A stretch of DNA of 64,000 nt from Dehalococcoidia bacterium (GTDB lineage Bacteria > Chloroflexota > Dehalococcoidia > Lucifugimonadales > JAGWBF01), in NCBI GenBank assembly GCA_963663025.1, contig OY760073.1, positions 613,567-677,566 on the forward strand. The letters are read 5' to 3'. The position numbers and the translations under genes are program-made. How positions within the stretch are numbered: the first letter of the stretch is position 1; every line of letters begins with the position of its first letter. Shown here in pieces: positions 1 through 9,240 of the stretch. The notes below the pieces were generated by a model. That model worked only from the letters and a program-made list of their open reading frames with translations. It ran no database searches and had not been told where the DNA came from.

Positions 1-240
1 CATGGTGGTGAGCGGATAGCCTTTCTGGGAGACCTGGTGCCCACGCCTCACCACCTGGATATGTCTGCCATTTCGGCTTTCGACCGCTTCCCCGAGGAGA
101 CCCTGGTAATGAAGCGGGACATCCTGAATCAGGCCGAACGAGAGGGCTGGCTTCTCATTTTTGCCCACGGGCACGAACAGAAGGCCGGCTACCTGGAAAA
201 TCGTAGTGGGGAGACGTATCTGCGCCCTGTCGAACTGTAA
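1..240 (+). CDS. MBL-fold metallo-hydrolase, C-terminal fragment (5' end outside window)
   Basis: Reading frame is open from the window edge. Text HGGERIAFLGDLVPTPHHLD...LLIFAHGHE resembles the C-terminal His/Asp ligand region of MBL-fold hydrolases. Confidence 0.5.
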   Translation, partial: HGGERIAFLGDLVPTPHHLDMSAISAFDRFPEETLVMKRDILNQAEREGWLLIFAHGHEQKAGYLENRSGETYLRPVEL

Positions 241-345
241 TACTCCGCCAAAGACACTGCGGGAACGCCTGCCGGCGAACTGATCAAGGATGAAGGTTCA
301 CGGCAGGCGTTCTTCTTTTGAGTTGACGATGGCGCTGTGGCTTTG

Positions 346-1689
346 CTACACCTCGGCCAGGATGCTGTCGGCCTCAATGGTGAGAAGGGTCGCATCGGTG
401 ATGCAGTTGGCCAGGTCCCGGTCGCTGGCTGTGTGTACCCTGACGTAGTTGTCAGTCAGGCCCCGATAGATGGGACCGTCGCCAGTCAACGATCCAGATT
501 CCCACAATACTAGCCTCGTGGCGCCCAAGAGGTCAGATCGGTAGCTGGTTGACTGGCGCTGGGACAATGCTATGAGCTGACCTACCCTCGCCTTGGTGAC
601 TGCAGGGCTGACCTTGGCGTCGAAGTGGGCAGCGCTGGTGCCGGGCCTAGGGGAGTAGGGGAACACATGCATGTCGGCGAAATTCATGCTCTCTGCGAAG
701 GTGAAGCTCTCCTGGAACTCGTGATCGGTCTCGCCGGGGAAGCCTGCGATGATGTCGGCCGTGATGGCCACATCCTTCACAGCGCTGCGCACTTTCGCAG
801 CAGCGCTGGCATACTCGGCGCTGGTGTACTTGCGGCGCATCCGTCGGAGGGTGGCATCGCACCCGTTCTGCAGAGGCATGTGGAAGTGGGGACACAGGCG
901 TTCATCCGACCAGAGGTCCAGCAGGTCGGGAGAGATCTCCTGGGGCTGTAGAGAAGAAACCCTGATCCTCGGGACCGACGTCTGTTCCAGGATAGCCCTG
1001 AGAAGGTGGAAGAGGGATAATCCGGGCAGGTCGAACCCGTAGGTGCCCAACTGGGTCCCGGTGAGCACAACTTCCCTGCATCCCCTGTCCGATGCGGCGT
1101 TGATGCGGTCGATGATGTCCCGGGGCGGAATGCTGCGTTCCCTTCCACGCACCTTGGGGACGATGCAGTAGGCGCACACTTGGTCGCACCCCTCTTGTAT
1201 CTTGATCATCGAACGGGTCCTATGGGTGCTGGTCGGAGTACGGCTGCTAGGCCTGCTAGAGATTGACGTGGATCCGTCTGTCAAGGGATGGGGATGAGCG
1301 CCCCGGGAGTAGATGCCCAGCACCTTCTCTACCAGCCGGTCCTTATCCGGGTTGCTTACCACGAGCTGGCTGCTGCCCAGGCTTCCCACTTCAAGTGGCG
1401 CCAGGTGGGCGTAGCAGCCGGTTGCGACAACCAGGGCTTCGGGGTTGTTTCGCCGGGCGGAGCCCAGCGCCTGCCTGGCCTTGGCGTCGGCAGTGTGGGT
1501 AACCGTGCAGGTGTTGACCACGTAAACGTCGGGGGAATCAGCGGGATCCACTACGGCAAAGCCCGCTTCGAGGAAGCGTTGGGCCATGCTTTCGCTGTCG
1601 GCTTGGTTCAGCTTGCAGCCGTGGGTCTGGAACGCAACGGTGCCTATCCTGCGGCTACCGGTCTGCACAGCGCTCATGGGAGCAGGCAC
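346..1689 (-). CDS. mtaB: radical SAM methylthiotransferase, MtaB/MiaB-like tRNA modifying enzyme
   Basis: 447 aa. N-terminal MTTase text VAFQTHGCKLNQADSE, radical-SAM CxxxCxxC (CDQVCAYC), and a C-terminal TRAM-like region. Confidence 0.8.
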   Translation of the reverse strand: MPAPMSAVQTGSRRIGTVAFQTHGCKLNQADSESMAQRFLEAGFAVVDPADSPDVYVVNTCTVTHTADAKARQALGSARRNNPEALVVATGCYAHLAPLEVGSLGSSQLVVSNPDKDRLVEKVLGIYSRGAHPHPLTDGSTSISSRPSSRTPTSTHRTRSMIKIQEGCDQVCAYCIVPKVRGRERSIPPRDIIDRINAASDRGCREVVLTGTQLGTYGFDLPGLSLFHLLRAILEQTSVPRIRVSSLQPQEISPDLLDLWSDERLCPHFHMPLQNGCDATLRRMRRKYTSAEYASAAAKVRSAVKDVAITADIIAGFPGETDHEFQESFTFAESMNFADMHVFPYSPRPGTSAAHFDAKVSPAVTKARVGQLIALSQRQSTSYRSDLLGATRLVLWESGSLTGDGPIYRGLTDNYVRVHTASDRDLANCITDATLLTIEADSILAEV

Positions 1690-1713
1690 TCGCTGACCTG
1701 CGGTTGGGGCCCA

Positions 1714-2670
1714 CTAGGAGGGCCTTCGGGGGCTTCCGGATTGGTCTGTCAACGGAAAGGGGAACGTGTTGTCTCCGCAGGTCCTGAGGGACTCCCGATA
1801 CGCTGATTCTCTTCGAGAGAAATCTGAGGAGAATGGCTGATACCCATCATGTTGACTGGGTGACGAGTTTCTCAGGTGCTCGGCCGCCAGGGCGAATCGA
1901 TGCTTCGCCTGTACCAGCCAGAGGGGCTGTTCGGCGTTTACCTTGCGCGCGTAGGCGTAGATCGCAAAGGAGGCGGCGATGACAGCCCCGCCGCCTATGG
2001 CGTCCAGGATATAGTGGTTCCCGGTGATCGTTATTGCAAAGAAGGTTATCGTCGGGTAGATGATCCCAAAGGGTCTGATCCAGGGGTTGTTGGTCCTCAG
2101 GAACAGGACGCCAAACAGCACCGTCCAGGCGAAATGCAGGCTGGGCATGGCGGCGAAGGCGTTGTAGTACACTTGCATCTCCCGGCTTCCGTACCAGGTG
2201 GGCCCAAACCGCTGAATCGTGTCTATGAACCCTAGGTCGACGAGGTACCTGGGCGGCGCCAGCGGAAATGCCGCGTACAGGATGAGGGCAAGCACGAAGC
2301 TGATCAGGATGATGTTACGGTAGTAGATGTACCTGTCATGGTTGACGATATATAGGACTACCCCGGTGACGATGATGATCGGCCAGAAGGTGATGATGTA
2401 GGCCCAATTCAGAATGATGACCAATGCCTTCGCCGACTTTATTGCCCAAGATTGCCACTCCAGCTCCCACAGCAGCCCGAAGGCTCCCTCGATGGTTACT
2501 ACCTTGGCCGCGTTTTCGAAAGCTGTCAGTTCGATGTTGGGGATAAGGTACTTTCGGATAAACATGTAGAGGAAATATGCGCCTACCAGCAGGGCCAATT
2601 CCCGAAGATGCTTTGCGACTTCCCAGCGTTCCATCAGCGAAGCCGGGCTGGAGTTCCTAATCATCGCCAT
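1714..2670 (-). CDS. PAP2-superfamily polytopic membrane protein (lipid phosphatase / IPC-synthase-like)
   Basis: 318 aa with many hydrophobic segments. PAP2-type motifs PSLHFAW and GNHYILDAIGG. Its start overlaps the stop of the upstream rSAM gene by 14 nt. Confidence 0.7.
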   Translation of the reverse strand: MAMIRNSSPASLMERWEVAKHLRELALLVGAYFLYMFIRKYLIPNIELTAFENAAKVVTIEGAFGLLWELEWQSWAIKSAKALVIILNWAYIITFWPIIIVTGVVLYIVNHDRYIYYRNIILISFVLALILYAAFPLAPPRYLVDLGFIDTIQRFGPTWYGSREMQVYYNAFAAMPSLHFAWTVLFGVLFLRTNNPWIRPFGIIYPTITFFAITITGNHYILDAIGGGAVIAASFAIYAYARKVNAEQPLWLVQAKHRFALAAEHLRNSSPSQHDGYQPFSSDFSRRESAYRESLRTCGDNTFPFPLTDQSGSPRRPS

Positions 2671-3898
2671 GGCTCCGGGCGTGCTGCGGGGCCGCGTCGG
2701 AGGCTGCTATTTCCGGGTGACGGAAGCCGTTGGAAGGAGGTTGAGAAACGCAGGCGCTGGTGTAAGAAAGCTCTCGGCGGGCGGCGGCCTTGCTTCCCAG
2801 GTACACGCTGCAGGACAAGCACCCAACCTGTTGCTCGGGCAGGGGACCCTTTTTGAACAGCTTCCTGGCGGACAGATAGTGGCTGTTGTTCCATATGGTC
2901 TTGATTGAATTGTTCTTTACGCTTCCAAAGTCGTCGGAAGCATCGGTGAGGTAGCAGCAGGGAGCGTAGCCTCCATCCCAGTTCACTACGGCGCTGCGCC
3001 AGAGACGCCAGCAGCGGTCGCCATCCTCATGATAGGGTTTCTCCAAGGGGTTCTCCCTGTCCCTCCAGCCCTCTCCCACCGGAAGCCATTTCTTTGTCAG
3101 GGATTCGTCGTCTGCGCCGTGGGGGAAGTCCACCCGCTTGAATACGATGTTGTCTACTCCAAGGTCGGCGGCCATCTTCCTGGCATCTGGTATTTGGGCT
3201 TCGTTCTGCTTCATGACGATGTACTGCCACTCCAGGTAAGGTGTGGCGGAACCCAGCTCTCCGCGCTTTTCGATCAACAGCTTAAGATTGTCCAACACCC
3301 GATCCAAGTGGCCCCCGACCCGGTAAACCTCGTAAACATCCTGGGTTGTCCCATCCAGGGATATGATCAGCACATCCAGACCCGATCGGACCAGCTCTTC
3401 GGCCATAGAGGGAGTCAGAGGTTTGTTCAGGTTGGAGCTCATGATGGTGGCGATGTTGGCTTCGTGGGCACAGGCAACGAACTTTGCAATATCCTTATTC
3501 AGGAATGGCTCACCCCAGCTGTACAGGCTGAGCCAGATGCAGTAGTCCTTGATCTGCTGGATGATGTCGTGGTACATGGGGAAGGACATCACACCCTTGT
3601 CCCGGTGGACCGTCCCCAAGCCTGTATGGCAGAGGGGGCACTTAAGCTGGCAGATGTTGGTGGTGTCGATCTCCCACTCGTAGGGGTAGCCCCACACCTT
3701 GGCGCGGCCGAGGCGCAGCTGGGCCTCCACCCGGGCAAAGTTGAGCAGCTTGCGCCAGCTCCAGTAGCGAAGGGCCAGAGAGAACCTTTGATTGGCGCGC
3801 CCGGCGGCCATAGCGCCTATGACGGAGCGGTTTACCTGGAGAGCGCGCTCGGCAGCCCAAGCTGACCGTAGGAGCAGGGATTCAGCCAGCTTCAGCAT
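2657..3898 (-). CDS. radical SAM / SPASM-domain protein
   Basis: 413 aa. CxxxCxxC cluster motif (CQLKCPLC) after a long helical N-terminal extension. Cys-rich C-terminus (CCYLTD...CLSCSVY) typical of SPASM/twitch domains. Confidence 0.8.
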   Translation of the reverse strand: MLKLAESLLLRSAWAAERALQVNRSVIGAMAAGRANQRFSLALRYWSWRKLLNFARVEAQLRLGRAKVWGYPYEWEIDTTNICQLKCPLCHTGLGTVHRDKGVMSFPMYHDIIQQIKDYCIWLSLYSWGEPFLNKDIAKFVACAHEANIATIMSSNLNKPLTPSMAEELVRSGLDVLIISLDGTTQDVYEVYRVGGHLDRVLDNLKLLIEKRGELGSATPYLEWQYIVMKQNEAQIPDARKMAADLGVDNIVFKRVDFPHGADDESLTKKWLPVGEGWRDRENPLEKPYHEDGDRCWRLWRSAVVNWDGGYAPCCYLTDASDDFGSVKNNSIKTIWNNSHYLSARKLFKKGPLPEQQVGCLSCSVYLGSKAAARRELSYTSACVSQPPSNGFRHPEIAASDAAPQHARSHGDD

Positions 3899-4187
3899 TT
3901 TTCTCTAGAGAGTGCAGTGTTCCGGGAATGTGTCAATTCTAATCGGGGCCTATCGTTCTCCCACAAGACTATATTCACTGGGGGGAAAGGGCCTCCAAGC
4001 CGGGCCTTGGGGCTTTCCGATTCCCGATGGAGCGGAGATGGATTTTATATTGCGAGGTAGTGTACTTTGGCTTTGATTGGGGTGTCAACGGAAATGGTTC
4101 CTACCTGGGCAATTTCACCCCCTTGGAACCCTTTGGATATAATGGGACAAGGCTAAAACTGCTGCAAAAACTTGGTTGGAGGATGCA

Positions 4188-4574
4188 ATGGCAGTCGATG
4201 GAATAAAGCTGAACAGCGTCAACCATGTGGTTACCATGGTCTCGAACACCAAGCTAAGCATGGAGTTCTACTGCGATTTTCTGGGATTCAAGCACATACC
4301 CAGCCAGGTCGATAACCCGAACATCACGTGGCTCGTTCTCCCCAACGGGGTGATGCTGCACCTAATAGAGACGGAGGAGGCTCCGGCCAAGCCTGACAAT
4401 ATTCATCATGCCTTCGAGGTGGAGGACTTCGACAGCGCTGCAAGAGCTGTGGAAGGGCATGGCGTAGCCATAGAGCGGTCCGGAGTGCGCCACGACGGAC
4501 AGAAGTTCATGTTCTTCAGAGACCCCGACGGCAATCGAGTGGAGCTCTGCACTCCATCGGGATTCGGGCGCTAG
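4188..4574 (+). CDS. VOC (glyoxalase/bleomycin-resistance/dioxygenase) family protein
   Basis: About 128 aa. VNHVVTMV...HHAFEV...FRDPDGNRVEL pattern typical of the VOC fold. GGAGG lies 5 nt upstream of ATG 4188. The ORF track starts at TTG 4176. Confidence 0.75.
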   Translation: MAVDGIKLNSVNHVVTMVSNTKLSMEFYCDFLGFKHIPSQVDNPNITWLVLPNGVMLHLIETEEAPAKPDNIHHAFEVEDFDSAARAVEGHGVAIERSGVRHDGQKFMFFRDPDGNRVELCTPSGFGR

Positions 4575-4610
4575 ATAGTCCCAACTCACGGCTAGTCTAT
4601 ATTAGACATC

Positions 4611-4639
4611 TTGGCATCAACGAAACTTTATGCTATGAT
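4611..4639 (+). promoter_or_regulatory. candidate sigma70-type promoter of vapBC, bracketed by a 7-bp inverted repeat
   Basis: TTGGCA (4611-4616), 17-nt spacer, TATGAT (4634-4639), 6 nt before the vapB ATG (leaderless-like). AGACATC (4604-4610) and GATGTCT (4638-4644) form an inverted repeat around it. Confidence 0.35.
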
Positions 4640-4645
4640 GTCTTC

Positions 4646-4918
4646 ATGCGAACGACGTTGACCATAGATGACGACATAGCCGATGCCCTGAAGGAACAGT
4701 CTAGGCTCCTAGACCGTCCATTCAAGCAGGTAGTTAACGACATCCTGCGGCGGGGGCTGTCTCCGGCTTCGGTGAGGGAGCCAGCGCCCGAATACAGGAT
4801 CATCCCCAACCGCAGCCAGCTCGTGCCGGGAGTGGACCCCATGAAGCTCAACCAGCTTGACGACGAGCTGCAGGTTGGGGAGGTGACGTCAGGCAGGCCC
4901 GAGGGTGATAGTCCCTGA
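4646..4918 (+). CDS. vapB: type II antitoxin, VapB-like
   Basis: 90 aa. N-terminus MRTTLTIDDDIADALKE is typical of small VapB-family antitoxins. Overlaps the downstream PIN gene by 14 nt. Confidence 0.7.
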   Translation: MRTTLTIDDDIADALKEQSRLLDRPFKQVVNDILRRGLSPASVREPAPEYRIIPNRSQLVPGVDPMKLNQLDDELQVGEVTSGRPEGDSP

Positions 4919-5330
4919 CCTGAACCTCCTGGTCTATGCCCACAACACGGGGGCGCCCTTCCATGAGAGCGCCAAGAAGTGGTGGGAGGACCTGATCAAC
5001 GGACAGGAACGAGTCGGCGTACCTTGGGCTGTCCTGACGGGATTCGTCCGTCTCATGACCCACCCAAGGGTGCTCACCCGCCCCATGGCTGCTGATTCAG
5101 CTATGGACTACGTCGACGAGTGGTTCAGTTTCCCCCACGTTAGCCAGTTGAATCCCGGCAGCAATCACTTGGCGTATTTTCGTCAGAACCTGGCCGCCGC
5201 TGGCGTGGGAGGGAACTTGGTGACCGACTGCCACATAGCTGCCCTGGCCATGGAGTACCAGGCCGAACTGCACTCCAACGACACCGACTTCAGCCGGTTC
5301 TCCGGCCTGCGCTGGCACAACCCCATTTAA
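4905..5330 (+). CDS. vapC: type II toxin, PIN-domain VapC
   Basis: 141 aa. N-terminal acidic Asp (IVPDLNLLVY) and a C-terminal TDCHIAALA...SNDTDF pattern of PIN nucleases. Confidence 0.8.
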   Translation: MIVPDLNLLVYAHNTGAPFHESAKKWWEDLINGQERVGVPWAVLTGFVRLMTHPRVLTRPMAADSAMDYVDEWFSFPHVSQLNPGSNHLAYFRQNLAAAGVGGNLVTDCHIAALAMEYQAELHSNDTDFSRFSGLRWHNPI

Positions 5331-5342
5331 GCAGAGACTGGC

Positions 5343-6776
5343 TTAGTTCCATGACCAGAAAGCGATGCGCCCCGCTGCCAACTCCAGGGGCACCGCGCCT
5401 TCTACGGCTTCAAGAACGTACACCTTGTAGCCTTGAGGCGAGCCCCCGTTCACCCCGGAGGAGTGCCTCTGAAGGTTTCCTGTGAAGACGATGTGGCGGC
5501 TGTCCGGCGACCAAATGGAGTGGGAAAGGGCATACTGGTCAAAGAAGGTCAACGCCGTCAGAAGGTCTGCCGAAGGCAGAAACTCAGCTACCACAACCGG
5601 AGGGCCCCCATCCCGGTCAACCAGCTTCCAGGCGAAGGTGCGTCGCTCCGGGTCGAACACCACGTGGATGAGCTTTCGGCCATCTGGGGACCAGAAGAAG
5701 GCCAGCAAGGGCTCGTCCGATAGCATCCTGGGAGCGCCTCCATCAGTCCCCACCATGAACAGGCGGTCATACTGGCCACCCCCCGGCTGATCGGTGTCCG
5801 CAACGGCTAGCTCGTCACTCGTGGGCGAAAGCATAAAGGCGGCCAGAGCACCCACATCTGCCAGGTAGCGAGGCCTGGCTCCGCCATCCAGCTCAGAGGC
5901 GTAGAGGGCATTGCTCCCATCCCGAGAACTGGTGTAGTAGGCGATGCGTCCATCATGGGATAGGGCTGGCACACGGAAGCCCGAACCGGCTAAATCCAGG
6001 TCAACCGGACTCGGCATCTCCGATCCAACTTGGGTCCCGGGCAGGTGCAATAGGTCGTTTTGCCGGCGTATCAGCAGCGAGCCCGTATCCCGTGCCCACG
6101 AATAGTACGTGGGTGATCCTAAGGCGATGGGAGAAGGTGACGGTCCTCCCTGGGATGCTGCCAGGAACAGGGTCAGGTGCCGACCAGTAGTCGCAAGGAA
6201 GGCCAGGTATCGGCTGTCGGGGGACCAGTAGATATAGTGGGGCGCCCCCTGGGCAACCAGGATGGTGCCCGGTTCGTTTTCATAGACCTGCTTTGAGACT
6301 CCCGATGAGGCGTCGAAAATCTCCAGGGCAAGCTGGGCTGCATCTCCCCTCGAATTAACCCTTGACGCAGCTAGCCTGGAGCTGTCGGGAGACCAGGTCG
6401 GCCAAGTGTAGAAGGACTGGCTATCGGAAGCCTGGGCCAGAACATGTCCCGCGCCCCCAACCCGCGTCTCACTCCGGGTAAGGCTACGGGGTTCGCTGCC
6501 ATCGGGGTTGATGGTGGCGATGTTCCCGTCCTCGGTAACGTAGGCGATACGATTAACCATGGTTGGCTGGGGCTGTTCCACGGTTTCCGGTACTTCATGC
6601 TCCATTGGAGTAGCTTCGCTGTGGATGGTGCTGCCGGGGGCCGCTCCGTCCCCACACGCCGCAAGCAAGGCTACGACCCCGGCCAAGCCCAAGAGCCAGC
6701 CGGAGGCCCTTCCAGGCCCAGCCTTCTGCCGTTGGTTTCCTAAAGTACATCTCCACAGCCGGGGTGGGGGTTTCAC
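5343..6776 (-). CDS. PD40/TolB-like beta-propeller lipoprotein
   Basis: 477 aa. Signal/lipobox LLAACGDG. Repeated WSPD(S/G) PD40 motifs (TWSPDSSRL, YWSPDSRYL, FWSPDGRKL, IWSPDSRHI). Confidence 0.7.
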   Translation of the reverse strand: MKPPPRLWRCTLGNQRQKAGPGRASGWLLGLAGVVALLAACGDGAAPGSTIHSEATPMEHEVPETVEQPQPTMVNRIAYVTEDGNIATINPDGSEPRSLTRSETRVGGAGHVLAQASDSQSFYTWPTWSPDSSRLAASRVNSRGDAAQLALEIFDASSGVSKQVYENEPGTILVAQGAPHYIYWSPDSRYLAFLATTGRHLTLFLAASQGGPSPSPIALGSPTYYSWARDTGSLLIRRQNDLLHLPGTQVGSEMPSPVDLDLAGSGFRVPALSHDGRIAYYTSSRDGSNALYASELDGGARPRYLADVGALAAFMLSPTSDELAVADTDQPGGGQYDRLFMVGTDGGAPRMLSDEPLLAFFWSPDGRKLIHVVFDPERRTFAWKLVDRDGGPPVVVAEFLPSADLLTALTFFDQYALSHSIWSPDSRHIVFTGNLQRHSSGVNGGSPQGYKVYVLEAVEGAVPLELAAGRIAFWSWN

Positions 6777-6829
6777 GCCACAATCGACAAACGAGAGGGA
6801 ATCGCAGACCGGCTAAGCGCGTACGATGA

Positions 6830-7873
6830 TCAGAGGGGGAGGGCTATAGCCTCTCCCGTCTGGGCGCTCCGGGTTACCGCCTCGGTAAACTCCATGTAGT
6901 GCACGCCGGTCTCGAAGGTGGTGTGGGTTATCGGCTCAGTTCCGCGGATGGCGTTGATGAACTCTTCTTCCACTCGCCAGCCGCCCTGCTTCTCGGGAGG
7001 AATTTCGATCTTCGAAAGTTGGCTATCTCCGCGCCGACCCCCGTACAGCGTGAGGGGCGGCGGGCCATCCATCTTCAGAGTGCCCTCTGTGCCGAACAGC
7101 CAGATATCGATGCCGGGCCCATGTCCGGTCACTGAGCTGAAGCTCAATGTGGCTTGGGCTCCGCTGGCCATCTCGCACATGATGTTTACATGGTCGGGCA
7201 CTGTCACAGTGCGCACGACGCCGGATTCGTCCTTGCGGTTGCGAACGACCACGTTGGTCATAGCCATCACCTTGGAGGCTGGTCCCGTCCAGCGGATTAT
7301 CCCCTCGTACCATATGCCCATCTGCATGATGTTGTAGCCGCTCAGGTCCCGGTTCTGCCTCCAGTGGAGGGGGCTGTCGAAGTCGGCGAAGGCGCTGGGC
7401 CACATGCGCATGTTCACCGATATCAGGTCTCCCAGGTAGCCCTCGGCCATCATCTGCTGGATGGCGCTGTCCACCGATAGGGTCATGGGTGAGGGGACGA
7501 TCTGCTTGATCAGGTGGGGATGGTTGCGGGCAGCGTCAAGGAGCACGCGAGCTTCCTGGGCATCCATAGACATGCGGGCCTCGCAGAGCACGTGTTTGTT
7601 GTTCTCCAGGGCTGCTAGGATGATGGGATAGTGCATGTAGGGCCAGGTGCCGATGCAGATGGCATTGGTATCGTCGGCTTCCACCAGCTCCAGCCAGTTA
7701 TCGTAGACGGTCGGAATCTCGAACTCACCTGCGACCCGTTCGCTGGACTCTCTGCTGCGGTTGCATACCGAAACGATTTCCACCCCATTCTGTTCCCTCA
7801 GGCCGGGGATATGGCGGTCCCGGGTGTTTCCTCCGGCGCCCACGACCCCCACGCGGATAATCCCGTCATCCAT
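6830..7873 (-). CDS. Gfo/Idh/MocA family NAD(P)-dependent oxidoreductase
   Basis: Rossmann start IRVGVVGAGGNTRDRHIPGL. AAGGAG lies 7 nt upstream of ATG 7873. The ORF track extends to 7906. Confidence 0.8.
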   Translation of the reverse strand: MDDGIIRVGVVGAGGNTRDRHIPGLREQNGVEIVSVCNRSRESSERVAGEFEIPTVYDNWLELVEADDTNAICIGTWPYMHYPIILAALENNKHVLCEARMSMDAQEARVLLDAARNHPHLIKQIVPSPMTLSVDSAIQQMMAEGYLGDLISVNMRMWPSAFADFDSPLHWRQNRDLSGYNIMQMGIWYEGIIRWTGPASKVMAMTNVVVRNRKDESGVVRTVTVPDHVNIMCEMASGAQATLSFSSVTGHGPGIDIWLFGTEGTLKMDGPPPLTLYGGRRGDSQLSKIEIPPEKQGGWRVEEEFINAIRGTEPITHTTFETGVHYMEFTEAVTRSAQTGEAIALPL

Positions 7874-8006
7874 GTTGAAGCTCCTTGCAGTTTGAACTTG
7901 TGGCACCCCGATTATAGGAGGGACGGGCCGCCCAGTCCAGTTGAGGCCGCCGGTTGCCGTTCCCTGCTTTGACTCTTATATTTGGGGCAATGTCCCAAGC
8001 AGCGAA

Positions 8007-9143
8007 ATGGAAGGCAATGAAGTGGAAATAGAAACACGGGCTATACACGTGGGGCGCGATGTAGATGCCGCCACGGGGGCTGTCTCGTCACCCATCCACC
8101 TGTCCACCACATTCGAGAGGGCGCCCGACGGCAGTTTTCCCCAGGGCTACATCTACAGCCGGGCGGACAATCCCAACAGGGCTGCCCTCGAGGAGTGCAT
8201 GAGGGACCTGGAGGGCGGGCAGAGCGCCGCCGCCTTCTCCTCTGGTATGGCCGCCATTGCGGCTGTGTTCCAGGCCCTGTCCACGGGTGACCACGTAGTA
8301 GCGCCGCGGGATGTTTACCACGGCACCGGTCGTGTGCTGCGAGGGTTCATGTCCCGTTGGAACCTGGACGCCACATTTGTGGATATGGCGGACCGGGAGC
8401 ATGTGCGAGGGGCGATGCGCCCATCTACGCGAGCAGTCTTTGTCGAAACCCCGTCCAATCCCCTTCTGAAGATAACGGACATAGCGGCCGTGGCCCAGAT
8501 CGCCCACGAGAGAGGCGCTATATGTGTATGCGACAACACCTGGGCCACGCCGATGCTTCAGCGTCCCCTGGACCTGGGAGCGGACATCGTGGTGCATTCC
8601 AGCACAAAGTACCTGGGAGGTCACGGCGACGTGACCGGCGGGGTTGTGGTGGCGGCCGGGAGCGATGGCCTGTTCCCCAATATCCGGCAGGTGCAGCAGG
8701 ATGCGGGGCCGGTCCCCTCGCCTTTCGACTGCTGGCTCTTACTCAGGAGCATCAGGACCCTGCCGTACCGGATGCGCGCCCACTGCGAAAACGCTGGCAG
8801 GGTTGCCGCCTTTCTTGTTGGGCATCCGAAGGTGTTGGAAGTGTTCTACCCCGGCCTTCCCGATCACCCGGGCCACGAAGTGGCCTCCTCCCAGATGGCC
8901 ATGCCTGGAGGGATGCTGTCTGTGAGAATCGTGGGAGGCAGGGATGGGGCATTCGCGGTTGCGGCCAGGACAAAGCTCTTCACCAGGGCTACCAGCTTGG
9001 GGAGCTGCGAGAGCTTGATCGAACATCGCGCCTCGATAGAGAGACCTGAGAGCGAGACTCCCGACGACCTGCTGCGGATATCCGTCGGTCTGGAGAACGC
9101 CGACGACCTGATAGCGGACCTGGGGCGGGCCCTGGAAGATTAG
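8007..9143 (+). CDS. Cys/Met-metabolism PLP-dependent enzyme (cystathionine gamma-synthase / beta- or gamma-lyase family)
   Basis: TRAIHVG..., YSRADNPNR, and the PLP-lysine motif SSTKYLGGHGD. Start chosen at MEGNEVEIETRAIHVG. The ORF track begins at 7941. Confidence 0.8.
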   Translation: MEGNEVEIETRAIHVGRDVDAATGAVSSPIHLSTTFERAPDGSFPQGYIYSRADNPNRAALEECMRDLEGGQSAAAFSSGMAAIAAVFQALSTGDHVVAPRDVYHGTGRVLRGFMSRWNLDATFVDMADREHVRGAMRPSTRAVFVETPSNPLLKITDIAAVAQIAHERGAICVCDNTWATPMLQRPLDLGADIVVHSSTKYLGGHGDVTGGVVVAAGSDGLFPNIRQVQQDAGPVPSPFDCWLLLRSIRTLPYRMRAHCENAGRVAAFLVGHPKVLEVFYPGLPDHPGHEVASSQMAMPGGMLSVRIVGGRDGAFAVAARTKLFTRATSLGSCESLIEHRASIERPESETPDDLLRISVGLENADDLIADLGRALED

Positions 9144-9240
9144 GGCGCCAGGAGCTGACATTCTCAAATGCCCCTCATCGGACAGCGAGAGTTTAGAATG
9201 GTAGCGATACATCATAGGATAACGCTGAGGAGGATATCGA

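Noticed and set aside
3899-4175. Search for a RiPP precursor peptide upstream of the rSAM/SPASM gene. Only a 28-aa GTG ORF ending in ...REKC overlaps the rSAM start.
   Set aside because: The ORF has no SD and no Cys/Gly-rich core or recognisable leader, and its frame overlap looks incidental. There is no support for a peptide substrate here.
7941-8006. N-terminal extensions in the ORF track. These affect 7941 for the PLP enzyme, 7906 for Gfo/Idh/MocA, 20067 for the hotdog gene, 36701 for GlcG, 41646 for cobU, 46524 for the ADH, 47279 for CoA-transferase B, 53082 for the metallopeptidase and 57093 for the S9 peptidase.
   Set aside because: The extensions are non-protein-like, overlap upstream genes, or skip a better SD/start where the conserved N-terminus begins. 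I used the internal starts and flagged the remaining uncertainty.
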